Of a stretch of DNA of 57,722 nt, positions 1 through 9,602 are shown in pieces (position 1 is the stretch's first letter; each line of letters opens with the position of its first letter). Position numbers and translations under genes: made by a program. Location of the stretch: assembly GCA_025362635.1 (NCBI GenBank), contig JANYFO010000161.1:1-57722 (forward strand). The letters are read 5' to 3'. This DNA comes from Gemmatimonadaceae bacterium. Lineage in GTDB: Bacteria; Gemmatimonadota; Gemmatimonadetes; Gemmatimonadales; Gemmatimonadaceae. The notes beneath the pieces were generated by a model. That model worked only from the letters and a program-made list of their open reading frames with translations, was not told where the DNA came from and did no database searches.

Positions 1-12
1 TGGAGTCAAGCG

Positions 13-867
13 TTAGTCTGCGAATTCGACTTTGACGGGTGTCGTGATAATGCCCGCTTCGACACCGCGACGAAGAAAAAGTCGTACGGCTTCTCGTCCG
101 CGGTCCCCGTAATCCAGCGTCCACGCGTTCACATACATTCCCACAAATTCATCGGCTTTGGCGGGGTCGAGCCCGCGCGCAAACTGCATGGCGTGAGCTA
201 ACGCGGGTTCCCGGTGATCGAGTGCGTAGGCGATGCTCGCTCGCAAATGTTTGGAGACGACGGGTACGAGCTCGGGGCCAAGATCTTTGCGGATGACGTT
301 GCCGCCGAGTGGGAGGGGCAGTCCGGTTTCTTCAAACCACCAAGCGCCCATGTCGACCACGAGATGGAGCCCGTTGTCGCCGAAGGTTAGTTGGCCTTCG
401 TGAATGAGCAGACCCAAATCCACCTCACCCGCGACGACGGCGTCTTCGATGGTGTCAAAGGCCATAAAGACCGCTTCGAAGTCTGGTTCGTACAGACGCA
501 TAGCCAGATACGCGCTGGTGAGGGGACCAGGAATGGCGATGCGCTTGCCTTTGACTTCGGCGCGCGAATATGGACGTGTGCCAACGAGGCGCGGTCCGTA
601 CTTGTCGCCCATGGATGCGCCATGTGGGAGCAACGCGTAGCGATCGCTGAGATATGCGTACGCGTGAATAGAGACGGCAGTGACTTCGAGTTCGGCGCGA
701 AGGGCGCGCTGGTTGAGCGACTCGATGTCTTGCAATTCGTGTACGTACGTGAGCCCCTCGGTATCGATCTTTCCTTCGGCGAGCGCATAAAACATAAATG
801 CGTCGTCGGAGTCGGGGCTGTGCGCAACGTGAATGGTGCGCGGCAAAAATGTGGAGACGGGGAACAT
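13..867 (-). CDS. mqnD: 1,4-dihydroxy-6-naphthoate synthase (futalosine menaquinone pathway, MqnA/MqnD family)
   Basis: N-terminal HSPDSDDAFMFYAL, GLLIHEGQL and LPLPLGG motifs typical of MqnD. Confidence 0.88.
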   Translation of the reverse strand: MFPVSTFLPRTIHVAHSPDSDDAFMFYALAEGKIDTEGLTYVHELQDIESLNQRALRAELEVTAVSIHAYAYLSDRYALLPHGASMGDKYGPRLVGTRPYSRAEVKGKRIAIPGPLTSAYLAMRLYEPDFEAVFMAFDTIEDAVVAGEVDLGLLIHEGQLTFGDNGLHLVVDMGAWWFEETGLPLPLGGNVIRKDLGPELVPVVSKHLRASIAYALDHREPALAHAMQFARGLDPAKADEFVGMYVNAWTLDYGDRGREAVRLFLRRGVEAGIITTPVKVEFAD

Positions 868-872
868 GGCAG

Positions 873-1682
873 TTATTTGAGTTTCCGCGCGTCGGCAACG
901 GCGCGATCGATTTCGATGCGATGCTGATCGTAATCGGTGAGTTTGGTGGCGAGTTCGGGCTCAAGCGCTTTGAGCAGCCGTTGATCGAACGCGCGGGCCG
1001 TGGCGTTGTCGCCGGTGAGGCGGGCGACGCGCGCGGACAAGAGTAAGCCGAGGAGCGAGGTTGAACGTTCCTTGAGAATGCTTTCGGCTTGTGCCTTGGC
1101 CACTGTTGGATTGCCCGTCACCTCGGCGATACGTCCGTAGTGATAGCGTTCGTCGATGGTGGGCGCGGTGAGCATTTCGTGCGAGGCCATGGCCATTGGA
1201 GCGAAAAATTGCACGGAGTCTGTTTTGCCGGCTTCGGCGTACGTCATGATGCGGACGTACAGGCGACTGGCCCGTTCGCCGGGCGACATGGTCGCGATAT
1301 TTGGCGGCTGTCCCCCACTGCTGCCGCTCGCGGCCACGGGTGCTCCGCCGCCGCCGCTGCCGTCAATCGCGGATGTGGGAAGGGCGTTTGATGAACCATC
1401 GACGGAAGAACCTTTGGCGCTGCCAAAGTTTTTTCCGGCGAAGTTGGCGACAAGGACGAGCAGGGCGACAAACGCGACGCCCCACGGCAGAATGCTGGCG
1501 ACGGAGCTGCCGGTCGAGGTGGACCCGGCTCGCGACTCTGGGCGCGCTTGGCCGAATGGTGTTCCGCAGCGATGGCAGAAGCGGGCGCCAGCGGCGAGGG
1601 CAGCGCCGCAGGAGGCGCAGAAGCCAGCGCCTTGGGCGCCAGTCGAAGGGGCGTTGGGCCCCGAATTGGACGGAGATGTCAT
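873..1682 (-). CDS. Zinc-ribbon membrane protein
   Basis: CASCG...FCHRCG zinc ribbon, one TM helix (WGVAFVALLVLVA), Gly/Ser linker, helical C-terminal domain; 5 nt upstream of mqnD. Confidence 0.7.
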   Translation of the reverse strand: MTSPSNSGPNAPSTGAQGAGFCASCGAALAAGARFCHRCGTPFGQARPESRAGSTSTGSSVASILPWGVAFVALLVLVANFAGKNFGSAKGSSVDGSSNALPTSAIDGSGGGGAPVAASGSSGGQPPNIATMSPGERASRLYVRIMTYAEAGKTDSVQFFAPMAMASHEMLTAPTIDERYHYGRIAEVTGNPTVAKAQAESILKERSTSLLGLLLSARVARLTGDNATARAFDQRLLKALEPELATKLTDYDQHRIEIDRAVADARKLK

Positions 1683-1739
1683 GGCGCGCGTAAGGTATCG
1701 GTTCGCGCTGTGTCGCGTGTACGGGTGCGGCGATTCTTG

Positions 1740-2723
1740 TTACGGTGCGCTGGTAGCGACGACGAACTCGGGAGTTGGTGTGGCCACCAGAACCGCGGTT
1801 ACTACGAGAATGACGAGCGCGGCCGCGAGTTCGAACTTTGCGGAACGTTGCAGCGTACGCGTTGCGCTTGGTTCGCCCAAACGCGGGAGGACGCGTCGCC
1901 AATTGATGGCACCCGCAACGGCAACGACGGCGACCAAACCGAGTTTGACGAGCAGGAGCTGCCCATACGTGCTTCCAACAAGTCCTTGCCATGATCCCAC
2001 ATTTCGCCAACCCGCGACGGCGCCAGTCACGCCCAAGGTGAAGGAGAACACCAATGCTGTCGGGCTGAACGCCGCAATTAATCGCGCGACTAACTGGTGC
2101 CGGTGGTCATTGGATGCGCGTAACACGGTTGGTACAGCGATCAGCATCAGCATCGTCAAACTGCCAATCCACCCACCCGCTGCAATTACATGCAGCGCGT
2201 CGAGCGTCATCGCGAGCAGGGGATTCTGCGCTGCTGCCGCATGACCGGACATGGCCAAACTCCACGAGAGTGCAAACGCCGGAACAGACAGCAAGAGCCA
2301 GCTGCCGCGTCGCTTGTGGTGTGCCAGTCGGTGCGCCAAAAATCCCAACAAAATGGCGGCCGCAGCAAGCAACCATGCGTGTCCCCATCCCGATAAGAGG
2401 AGTAGTGGTTGCATGGTGCTCATCGACCAGCTCGCGTCTTCAAAGTAGACGATGTGTTGCGCCGCAAGCCGTGCCAATGTTGCACCGGCGAGCACGACGA
2501 GTGCGATGCGCGTCCAGTGCAATGCCTGGGTAACGATGCTTTCAACCACGGTCGCATCGGCGCGCGCAACGCGTGCGAAGCGCGGAAGGACGATCTGCGC
2601 GAGCGCGAGAGAGCCGAACAAAATGGTGACGGCCGAGAATTGCACGAATCGGATGGCCGCGTATGTCGGTGATTCGACGCCAAATACGGCGACGGAATCG
2701 GCGACCATCGCGATAGACATCAT
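1740..2723 (-). CDS. copD: CopD-family copper resistance inner-membrane protein
   Basis: Multi-TM; SGHAAA, LHVIAAGGWIGSL and YGQLLLVKL motifs; start moved to ATG 2723 after GGAGAGG; adjacent to copC. Confidence 0.85.
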   Translation of the reverse strand: MMSIAMVADSVAVFGVESPTYAAIRFVQFSAVTILFGSLALAQIVLPRFARVARADATVVESIVTQALHWTRIALVVLAGATLARLAAQHIVYFEDASWSMSTMQPLLLLSGWGHAWLLAAAAILLGFLAHRLAHHKRRGSWLLLSVPAFALSWSLAMSGHAAAAQNPLLAMTLDALHVIAAGGWIGSLTMLMLIAVPTVLRASNDHRHQLVARLIAAFSPTALVFSFTLGVTGAVAGWRNVGSWQGLVGSTYGQLLLVKLGLVAVVAVAGAINWRRVLPRLGEPSATRTLQRSAKFELAAALVILVVTAVLVATPTPEFVVATSAP

Positions 2724-2768
2724 GTACCTCTCCAACGCATATGTTTGGCCAGCACAGCAACCGCATAA

Positions 2769-2850
2769 GACACGGATAAACTGAACGGACACCAGCGGAA
2801 CCGCATGGATACGACACCGGCAACGCCTTCTGTTGTTCGGTGTATCCGCG
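2769..2850. repeat. REP-like degenerate repeat/hairpin element, copy 1
   Basis: GACACGGATA...GAACGGA core shared with 38744-38770; imperfect stem GGATAC..ACACCG / CGGTGTATCC. Confidence 0.4.
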
Positions 2851-2904
2851 AGTCGTCAGCGTGTTTCTGATCTTACTTTAAGTGTGCTTCAGCTATCGTT
2901 GGGT

Positions 2905-3324
2905 CTATGGACGTTTTGTTGGCGTCGCGGTTTTGCGTATTGCAGTCGGTGCGTCGACAACGAACGAGAACTCGCCGCGCATCGGGTGACCGTCGCTTCC
3001 TGCCGCTTGCCATTTCACGGTATACCGGCCGGCCGTCAGTGGTGTGACAGTCTTTGCAACGAGCGTTTTTTCGTCGCTTGCATTTCTGCGCAGCGAGTCA
3101 AGTATCACGGGTTTCTGCGCGGCACCGAACAGCGTCAGTTTACTGAGCGCGAGTGTGATGTTCTCATTAAACATGACGGCAATCTCGACTGGTGCAGCGG
3201 CGAGATGACTGTTGGCGGTTGGCGTCGACTTCACCAAGCGCGGATGTGCCGACGCCTGTTGTAGTGGAAGGGCGAGCGCGACGGCCGTTACGAGCGCAGC
3301 AGTGTATCGAGACATCCGTAACAT
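2905..3324 (-). CDS. copC: CopC periplasmic copper-binding protein
   Basis: Signal peptide ending ASA, then mature N-terminal His (HPRLVKSTP) and DGH motif (SDGHPMRG); start could be ATG 3315. Confidence 0.92.
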   Translation of the reverse strand: MLRMSRYTAALVTAVALALPLQQASAHPRLVKSTPTANSHLAAAPVEIAVMFNENITLALSKLTLFGAAQKPVILDSLRRNASDEKTLVAKTVTPLTAGRYTVKWQAAGSDGHPMRGEFSFVVDAPTAIRKTATPTKRP

Positions 3325-3352
3325 CCTCGTTGGAAGTGGTAATGCGCGCGAC

Positions 3353-3371
3353 TTTACAGTATGTAAAATAC
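3353..3371. promoter_or_regulatory. Palindromic operator candidate TTTACAGTATGTAAA(ATAC) upstream of copC
   Basis: Perfect 6-3-6 inverted repeat, AT-rich in GC-rich DNA; related copies at 5038, 11965, 33381 and 36451. Confidence 0.6.
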
Positions 3372-3414
3372 ACGGACGCCGAACGAATGTGCCAGTGCGA
3401 CGTGTTGTGACCGT

Positions 3415-4431
3415 TTACGCATCGCGGTGGGGGCATGGTGCGTTGAAGCGATGGTTGCCGAGACAGAAGAGGTGACTGAACACGGACTCGCCGACATGCG
3501 AGCAATGATGCATCTCGCCGATCATGGCTTGGCCCTCAGGAAGCGGGTGGAGCACGATAACGCCAGAGGTCCAGACGGCAACCAGCGCCAACGCTGCTGC
3601 GGCAATGGCACGCCGAGAGACGTGTGAGCCGACCGTCGCATCTTCGCCGGCAAGGCGGCGGATTCGACGTTCGAGGAGATCGCTGCGTTGAAATCCCACC
3701 GCTGGTTCGAGCGGACCGAGATCGGCGCCGGCCATGCGCAAAATGGCGGAGGCAAGCGGAAGGGAGTAGCGCTGTGCCGCGTGATCGTCGGCGGCGATTT
3801 CCGCCTCGTCAGCGAGGTCATCGACGAGGCGCCGGATGGCGGGTAGCCAGAACAGCGTGGCGGCGAGCGTTCGCAGTGCGAAGAGTCGTAGCGGATCACG
3901 ACGCTCTACGTGCGCGATTTCGTGCGCGAGCACGGCTTCGAGTTCGCTCACACTCAACACATCCGGTAAGGACTTGGCCACATACACGCGAGGTCGCCAC
4001 CACCCTGCAGTGAATGCAGGATTCGGAAGACCGTCAACCACGCGGACGCGGTGCACGGAGAACCCGAGCTGACGTATTGCTGCAACAAGTCGCACGTCTG
4101 AATGCGCAGGCTCGATGTGCAACGCGCGCATCGTGGCTGCGTAGCGCCACGCCGCTCGCGCTCGTTCAACGACGGCGAAGGCAATGCCGACGAGCAGCAA
4201 TCCGTGAAACATTCCGTGCACGGGCGCCATCAGATGGTGCAAGGCGATCATGCAAAATGGACCTAAATGTTCGAGCGACGCCGGCAGCCAACGCACGGCA
4301 CCAATGAGATGATGTCCAAAGACTGGACTGATGCTAAGAACCAGCAGGGTCGCTAGTGCTAACAAAACGCGCTGACGGTGTTGCGCCTCTCGCCGCGCGA
4401 GCGCGGCAGGGACTACTGAGTCAACGCGCAT
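3415..4431 (-). CDS. M56 (BlaR1/MecR1-like) zinc metallopeptidase without a penicillin-binding domain
   Basis: HEIAH (HExxH), E-x-A-A-D, TM helices; directly downstream of a BlaI-family gene; start likely ATG 4431 or GTG 4440. Confidence 0.88.
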   Translation of the reverse strand: MRVDSVVPAALARREAQHRQRVLLALATLLVLSISPVFGHHLIGAVRWLPASLEHLGPFCMIALHHLMAPVHGMFHGLLLVGIAFAVVERARAAWRYAATMRALHIEPAHSDVRLVAAIRQLGFSVHRVRVVDGLPNPAFTAGWWRPRVYVAKSLPDVLSVSELEAVLAHEIAHVERRDPLRLFALRTLAATLFWLPAIRRLVDDLADEAEIAADDHAAQRYSLPLASAILRMAGADLGPLEPAVGFQRSDLLERRIRRLAGEDATVGSHVSRRAIAAAALALVAVWTSGVIVLHPLPEGQAMIGEMHHCSHVGESVFSHLFCLGNHRFNAPCPHRDA

Positions 4432-4444
4432 TTGTCGCACGCGA

Positions 4445-4909
4445 TCAGCCGTCCTTGCGCTCGCGCAGTTTGCGGCGAATGAGGAGCGCGAGCTCTTCAA
4501 GTTTCGCTGGGTCACGTTCGGCGAGCACGTCTACAAATGACGAAGCGACCGCATCAGGACCGAATGATAGAATGCCTTCAACGACGCGTCGCGATACGTG
4601 CGACATGAACGCCGATTCGTCGAGCAGCGCCGAAAAGTGAAATCGATCATCCTTGCGCACGCGCTTGAGCACCCGCTTGGCCACTAATCGGTTGAGCACG
4701 GTAATCGTGGTCAATGGAGAGACTTCGTGCTCAAGCACGATGTGCTCGTGCACTTCCCGCGCTGTCGCGGGTTGTCCGAGCGCCCACACCGCGCGCAGGA
4801 TACGGGCTTCGAGATCGCCGAGCACTTTCGACAGCCCTTCGGCCGAGAGCCGCACAGTGTCCTGCAACTTGGGGCGGGCTATGGTGTTGCGCTTCTGCTG
4901 ATTGATCAC
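4445..4909 (-). CDS. BlaI/MecI/CopY-family transcriptional repressor
   Basis: LGDLEARILRAVW...TAREV...TTITVLNRLVAK winged-helix pattern. Confidence 0.9.
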   Translation of the reverse strand: MINQQKRNTIARPKLQDTVRLSAEGLSKVLGDLEARILRAVWALGQPATAREVHEHIVLEHEVSPLTTITVLNRLVAKRVLKRVRKDDRFHFSALLDESAFMSHVSRRVVEGILSFGPDAVASSFVDVLAERDPAKLEELALLIRRKLRERKDG

Positions 4910-4936
4910 GGTGCGAAGGGCCAGAGAATGTTCGTT

Positions 4937-4955
4937 CTACACCGTAGGGTAGTAG
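4937..4955. promoter_or_regulatory. BlaI-type operator candidate CTACACC-GTAGG-GTAGTAG
   Basis: Imperfect inverted repeat in the blaI-like/tolC divergent gap; resembles my recollection of the actinobacterial BlaI box TAC[GT]AC-N5-GT[AC]GTA. Confidence 0.45.
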
Positions 4956-5035
4956 GTGATTAATCCTGTGTAAAGCGAACGCGCGGCGGTGCGCTGTGCA
5001 GTTGACATGGGTTCGTCGTATCCCTTTTATTCGTC

Positions 5036-6409
5036 ATGTATTTTATGCACCGTCAAAAGCGCGCGACTGTTGTGCTCGCGGCCATACTCGCTTCGTCCGT
5101 GTTCTTCGGGGCCTGTGTGCCTTCCGCGTCACGACAGGGGCTCACGCCTGTTGCCACGCTGCTCACCGAACGTGGGGCAGCGGCATCATCGCTACTGCTC
5201 GCCGATTCTGTGCTCGGACCTCACGCGATCCCTGCAGGTCCGCTGGTATTAGACACGGCAGTGCGGATTGCTTTGTTGCGCAGTCCGCACGTGCGCGTGG
5301 TGCTGGCGGACGTTGGTCTTGCGGCGGCCGATCTTTGGCAGGCCAGTCGAATTCCCAATCCTGTCGTCGATCTACTCCGTGGATTTCAAAGCGGTGGCGG
5401 CGTTGGCATCACCAATGTTGGAATTGGTTTTTCCATCGTCGCCGCATTGCAGACACCGATGCGACGTCGTATCGCGCAAACTGAACTTCATAGTGCCGAA
5501 CAACGCGTGGCCAACGCGGTTTACGACGCCATGATTGATGTGCAGCGCGCGTATGTGGACGTGCAGTACGCACAACAAAATTTGGAACTACAGCAATCGG
5601 TGGCCGTCGGCACCGCAGCATCGACCACAGTAGCGCAAGCGCTTCGTGCCGCAGGCAATGTGTCGGAACTGGCGCTGGCAAGCGAAGAGGCGGTATCGAC
5701 GCAGAGTGTGGCTGACGTGTCAGCGGCCGAGTCGGCACTGTTGATCGCGCGCGCAGAACTTGGTCGGCGTCTTGGCGCTGGCGTCGGCGATACGCTGTGG
5801 ACAATTGGGGAGCGACTTGCTGATCCGACGCTAGATCGTTTGGTGATCGCGCGCATCGATTCGCTGACAATTGCGCGTCGTCTTGACGTGGCAGCAGCGC
5901 GCGACCGTGCGCAGTCGGCCGCAGCGGCGCTCGGACTGAGTGCTCGGTTTCGTTTTTTGCAAGACGGCACGCTGGGCGCGTTTTGGGAGCGTGATCCAGA
6001 CGGACGTTTTGTCGGGCCATCGGCGTCGATTCCGTTGCCGTTGTTTAACGGCGGCGGAGCGGGCGTTGCCAAAGCCCGTGCATCGCTGCAACAACGGACG
6101 GCAGAATACGATGCGCTCGTGGTCGATGCGCACGCTGAGGTGCGCGCCGCGATTGCACGCGTCGACGGTGCGCGACGCCGCGCGGTGCAGATTCGTACGG
6201 CTGTGTTGCCAACACGGCGCCGTGTGCTGCAAGAGTCGCAGTTGCAAGTGAACGCGATGGCGTTGCCGGTCTTCGCGCTGTTGCAAGCGAAGCAAGCGGA
6301 GATCGAAGCTGGTCGCATGTATCTCGACGCGCTGCGCGACTATTGGGTTGCGCGCGCAGAGCTCGAACGCGCATCGGGTGGTTCGCTGCCCGCAGGGAGA
6401 GCGCCGTGA
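5036..6409 (+). CDS. TolC-family outer-membrane lipoprotein (copper-resistance type)
   Basis: Lipobox-like FFGAC, two OEP-like helical repeats, SIPLPLFN strand; overlaps the MCO start. Confidence 0.85.
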   Translation: MYFMHRQKRATVVLAAILASSVFFGACVPSASRQGLTPVATLLTERGAAASSLLLADSVLGPHAIPAGPLVLDTAVRIALLRSPHVRVVLADVGLAAADLWQASRIPNPVVDLLRGFQSGGGVGITNVGIGFSIVAALQTPMRRRIAQTELHSAEQRVANAVYDAMIDVQRAYVDVQYAQQNLELQQSVAVGTAASTTVAQALRAAGNVSELALASEEAVSTQSVADVSAAESALLIARAELGRRLGAGVGDTLWTIGERLADPTLDRLVIARIDSLTIARRLDVAAARDRAQSAAAALGLSARFRFLQDGTLGAFWERDPDGRFVGPSASIPLPLFNGGGAGVAKARASLQQRTAEYDALVVDAHAEVRAAIARVDGARRRAVQIRTAVLPTRRRVLQESQLQVNAMALPVFALLQAKQAEIEAGRMYLDALRDYWVARAELERASGGSLPAGRAP

Positions 6410-6426
6410 ACGACGAAGAAAGAACG

Positions 6427-7827
6427 ATGTCGCGTCGCGAGATGATGCGGCAGAGTGCCGCGACGATTGCGGGTGGCGCCGTCGCGCTCGGCGCTGCTCC
6501 AGTGTTTGCACAAGATCATTCGCAAATGTCGGGCATGCAGATGAAGGCGATGCCGAAGGTGCAGCCAACCAATCCGGCGCGCGGCAAAGTGCGGCTGGGG
6601 AAAGCCGCGAGTCCGGGTATGCCTGGACACGATTACACGCCGGTGATCGTGCCAAACGGTCGCACCCTGCCGTTTCGCGTGGTGAACGGTGTGAAGGTGT
6701 TTCATCTCGTCGCGGAAGTCGTCAAGCACGAATTTGCACCGGGCCTGGTGTCGGAGTGCTGGGGCTACAATGGCGACACGCCCGGTCCAGTGATTGAAGC
6801 CGTCCAAGGCGAGCGCGTGCGCATTTACGTGACGAATCATTTGCCGGAGCCCACGACGGTGCACTGGCATGGCATCATCTTGCCTTCCGGCATGGACGGT
6901 GTGTCGGGACTGAGCCAAGCACCGATTCCGGTGAACGCCACGTTCAAGTACGAATTTGTCTTGCCGGATCACGGCACGTTCATGTACCACACGCATCACG
7001 ATGAGATGGTACAGCAGGGACTCGGATTGATGGGCATGTTCGTTGTGCATCCCCGCGATCCCGTAAGGCGTCCGCAGCGCGACTTCGTGCTGTTGTCTGC
7101 CGAATGGTTGGTGCGCATCGGATCATCGCGTCCCGATCCGAACGAGATGGTGGACTTCAACGTTTTTACATTCAACGGCAAGGCGTATCCTGCGACGGAG
7201 CCGCTACAAATGCAGTTGGGTGAGCGCGTGCGCATTCGTTTCGGCAATCTCAGCGCGATGAGTCATCATCCAATTCATGTTCACGGATTGCGGTGGCGCG
7301 TCGTGGCGACGGACGGCGGCGACATTGCGGAAGCTGGCCAATGGCCGGAGTCGACTGTGCTCGTGCCTGTTGGCACAACGCGTACGGTTGAATTTATGGC
7401 GGACAATCCGGGCGACTGGGCCGTGCACTGTCACATGACGCATCACGTGATGAATCAGATGGGGCACAACGGAACGAACCTGATTGGCGTGGACGCGGAG
7501 AAAGTCGATGCGGCCGTCGGCACGTTGCTGCCGAGTTACATGACGATGGGCAGTGCAGGCATGAGCGGGATGAGCAGCATGGGCATGCCGTCGCCGAAAG
7601 GGTCGATCTCGATGTTGGGTGGTGCAGGTCCGCACGGCGCGATTGATATGGGCGGCATGTTTACCGTGCTCAAGGTTCGAGAGCACTTGCCGAAGGGCGG
7701 CGATCCTGAGTGGTATGTCAATCCGCCGGGCACGGTGGCTGATGAAGCCACGGCTGATGAACTCAAGCGTGATGGCGTGGTGGTTGGCGCGGCGGTGACG
7801 ACGCCGATGCACAAGCATTCGCCGTAG
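6427..7827 (+). CDS. Tat-exported two-domain multicopper oxidase with Met-rich tail
   Basis: SRR Tat signal; HWHG, YHTHH, HPIHVHG and HCHMTHH..M copper motifs; alternative start GTG 6406. Confidence 0.9.
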   Translation: MSRREMMRQSAATIAGGAVALGAAPVFAQDHSQMSGMQMKAMPKVQPTNPARGKVRLGKAASPGMPGHDYTPVIVPNGRTLPFRVVNGVKVFHLVAEVVKHEFAPGLVSECWGYNGDTPGPVIEAVQGERVRIYVTNHLPEPTTVHWHGIILPSGMDGVSGLSQAPIPVNATFKYEFVLPDHGTFMYHTHHDEMVQQGLGLMGMFVVHPRDPVRRPQRDFVLLSAEWLVRIGSSRPDPNEMVDFNVFTFNGKAYPATEPLQMQLGERVRIRFGNLSAMSHHPIHVHGLRWRVVATDGGDIAEAGQWPESTVLVPVGTTRTVEFMADNPGDWAVHCHMTHHVMNQMGHNGTNLIGVDAEKVDAAVGTLLPSYMTMGSAGMSGMSSMGMPSPKGSISMLGGAGPHGAIDMGGMFTVLKVREHLPKGGDPEWYVNPPGTVADEATADELKRDGVVVGAAVTTPMHKHSP

Positions 7828-7869
7828 TCCCGGCAGTCAAACGTTCTCCTCCGTTCATCCTATTTCGAC

Positions 7870-8352
7870 ATGCCTTCAGTAACGACAGCGAAACGATGTA
7901 GCACGGTATTCACGCGTGTGTTTGGCGCGGTTTGTTTTGCCGTCCCGATGGCGATGCACGCACAAAGTGCGCGCGGGGATTCGCTCGCGGTTGTCGACGT
8001 CGTTTCACAATTTCATATCGCGCTTGCTGCCGGTGATTCGACGCGGGCCGTTGCGCTTTTGTCGAATGACGTGATTGTGCTCGAGTCGGGTGCGTCGCAG
8101 ACGTATGCGGAGTACTTAGGCCATCACCTCGGCGCAGACATGGCCGCAGCGAAGAACGCCCGCGTGGAACGAACGGTGACACGAGTAATGGTGATCGGCA
8201 CGGCTGCCTATCTTGTGGCGCGCACAATGTCGAAAGGCACGACCACGAATGCGCCGGGATCAGAATCGGCGGAGATGATGGTGCTGTCGAAAATGCCAAG
8301 CGGATGGCGCATCCGCGCCATTCATTGGTCATCGAAACGGCGTCGCGCATAG
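7870..8352 (+). CDS. Exported NTF2-like (SnoaL/DUF4440) protein
   Basis: Signal peptide, FHIALAAGD, YLGHHLGAD, C-terminal WRIRAIHWS. Confidence 0.75.
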   Translation: MPSVTTAKRCSTVFTRVFGAVCFAVPMAMHAQSARGDSLAVVDVVSQFHIALAAGDSTRAVALLSNDVIVLESGASQTYAEYLGHHLGADMAAAKNARVERTVTRVMVIGTAAYLVARTMSKGTTTNAPGSESAEMMVLSKMPSGWRIRAIHWSSKRRRA

Positions 8353-8411
8353 TTCGTGCAGTAACGTCGCGACGATCGTTGGTCGCGGTGCCCCCTTCTT
8401 CGCGAGCGAGA

Positions 8412-9602
8412 ATGTCCGAGACGCCGTGCATCCTCGCGCTCAATGCTGGTTCGTCGAGTCTGAAGTTTGCGGTGTTCGAAATGAATACCGCGCTTGGGCG
8501 CGTGTTGTCTGGGTCGGTTGATCGCATTGGGTCGACCGCGTCCACATTCGTCTCGCGCACTCGAACGGGGCAGCCGACGGAGCAAGCGGTCGCATCGGCA
8601 CCGAATCACGAGGCCGCGCTGCAGTTTGTGCTCGAGCAACTTGGTGCAACATCGGCCGTTATTGGAGCAATTGGTCACCGCGTTGTTCACGGCGGACCGA
8701 CGTATACGATCTCGCAAAAAGTGGATAGTGCAATGATTTTGGAGCTGCGGCGTATCGGTGCCTTCGATCCTGCCCATCTCTCGTCCGAACTTGCCTTGAT
8801 GGACGTCGTCTCCAAGAAATTTCCGTTGATACCGCAGTTTGCGTGCTTCGATACTGCGTTCCACAGCACGCTGCCGCGTGTCGCGCGCATCTTAGCGATT
8901 CCACGTCGTTATGAAGCGAAAGGTGCGCGGCGTTACGGTTTTCATGGCATCTCGTACCAGTACATGATGCACGAGCTTGCACGTATCGATGCTCAGCGTG
9001 TAAACGGTCGTGTGATCCTCGCACACTTGGGGAATGGTGCAAGTATGGCCGCCGTGCACCATACGCAGAGCGTGGATACGACCATGGCATTAACGCCCGC
9101 CGCGGGGCTCGTGATGAGCACGCGCTCGGGCGATGTCGATCCGGGACTGAGTGGATTTCTGGCGCGTAGCGAGGGAATGACTCCTGAAGCGTTCGATCAC
9201 ATGGTTAACAGCGAGTCGGGACTGCTTGGCATTTCGGAAACCAGCGCGGATATGCGTGACTTGCTGGCGTTGGAGGATGAGGATATTCGCGCGGCGGAGG
9301 CGGTAGCACTGTTTTGCTATCAGGCAAAGAAGTGTGTCGGCGCATATGCGGTCGCGCTCGGCGGACTTGAGACGATTGTCTTTGCCGGGGGCATCGGAGA
9401 AAATGCGCCGCCAGTGCGTGCACGTATTTGCGAAGGCTTGCAGTTTTTGGGTGTTGAGATTGATGCGTTGCGAAACGCAGCGAACGCCACCGTGATCTCG
9501 TCGAACGAAAGCCGAGTGATGGTCCGCATTATGCACGCCGATGAGGAGATGATGATTGCCAGATCTGTACAACGCGAGTGTGCTACTGGGCGCGACGCAT
9601 GA
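8412..9602 (+). CDS. ackA: Acetate/propionate kinase
   Basis: [36 protein letters not shown] and GGIGEN motifs. Confidence 0.95.
   Translation: MSETPCILALNAGSSSLKFAVFEMNTALGRVLSGSVDRIGSTASTFVSRTRTGQPTEQAVASAPNHEAALQFVLEQLGATSAVIGAIGHRVVHGGPTYTISQKVDSAMILELRRIGAFDPAHLSSELALMDVVSKKFPLIPQFACFDTAFHSTLPRVARILAIPRRYEAKGARRYGFHGISYQYMMHELARIDAQRVNGRVILAHLGNGASMAAVHHTQSVDTTMALTPAAGLVMSTRSGDVDPGLSGFLARSEGMTPEAFDHMVNSESGLLGISETSADMRDLLALEDEDIRAAEAVALFCYQAKKCVGAYAVALGGLETIVFAGGIGENAPPVRARICEGLQFLGVEIDALRNAANATVISSNESRVMVRIMHADEEMMIARSVQRECATGRDA

Noticed and set aside
3378-3394. Sigma54 promoter upstream of copC (TGGCAC on the minus strand)
   Set aside because: The -12 element reads TTCG, not TTGC.
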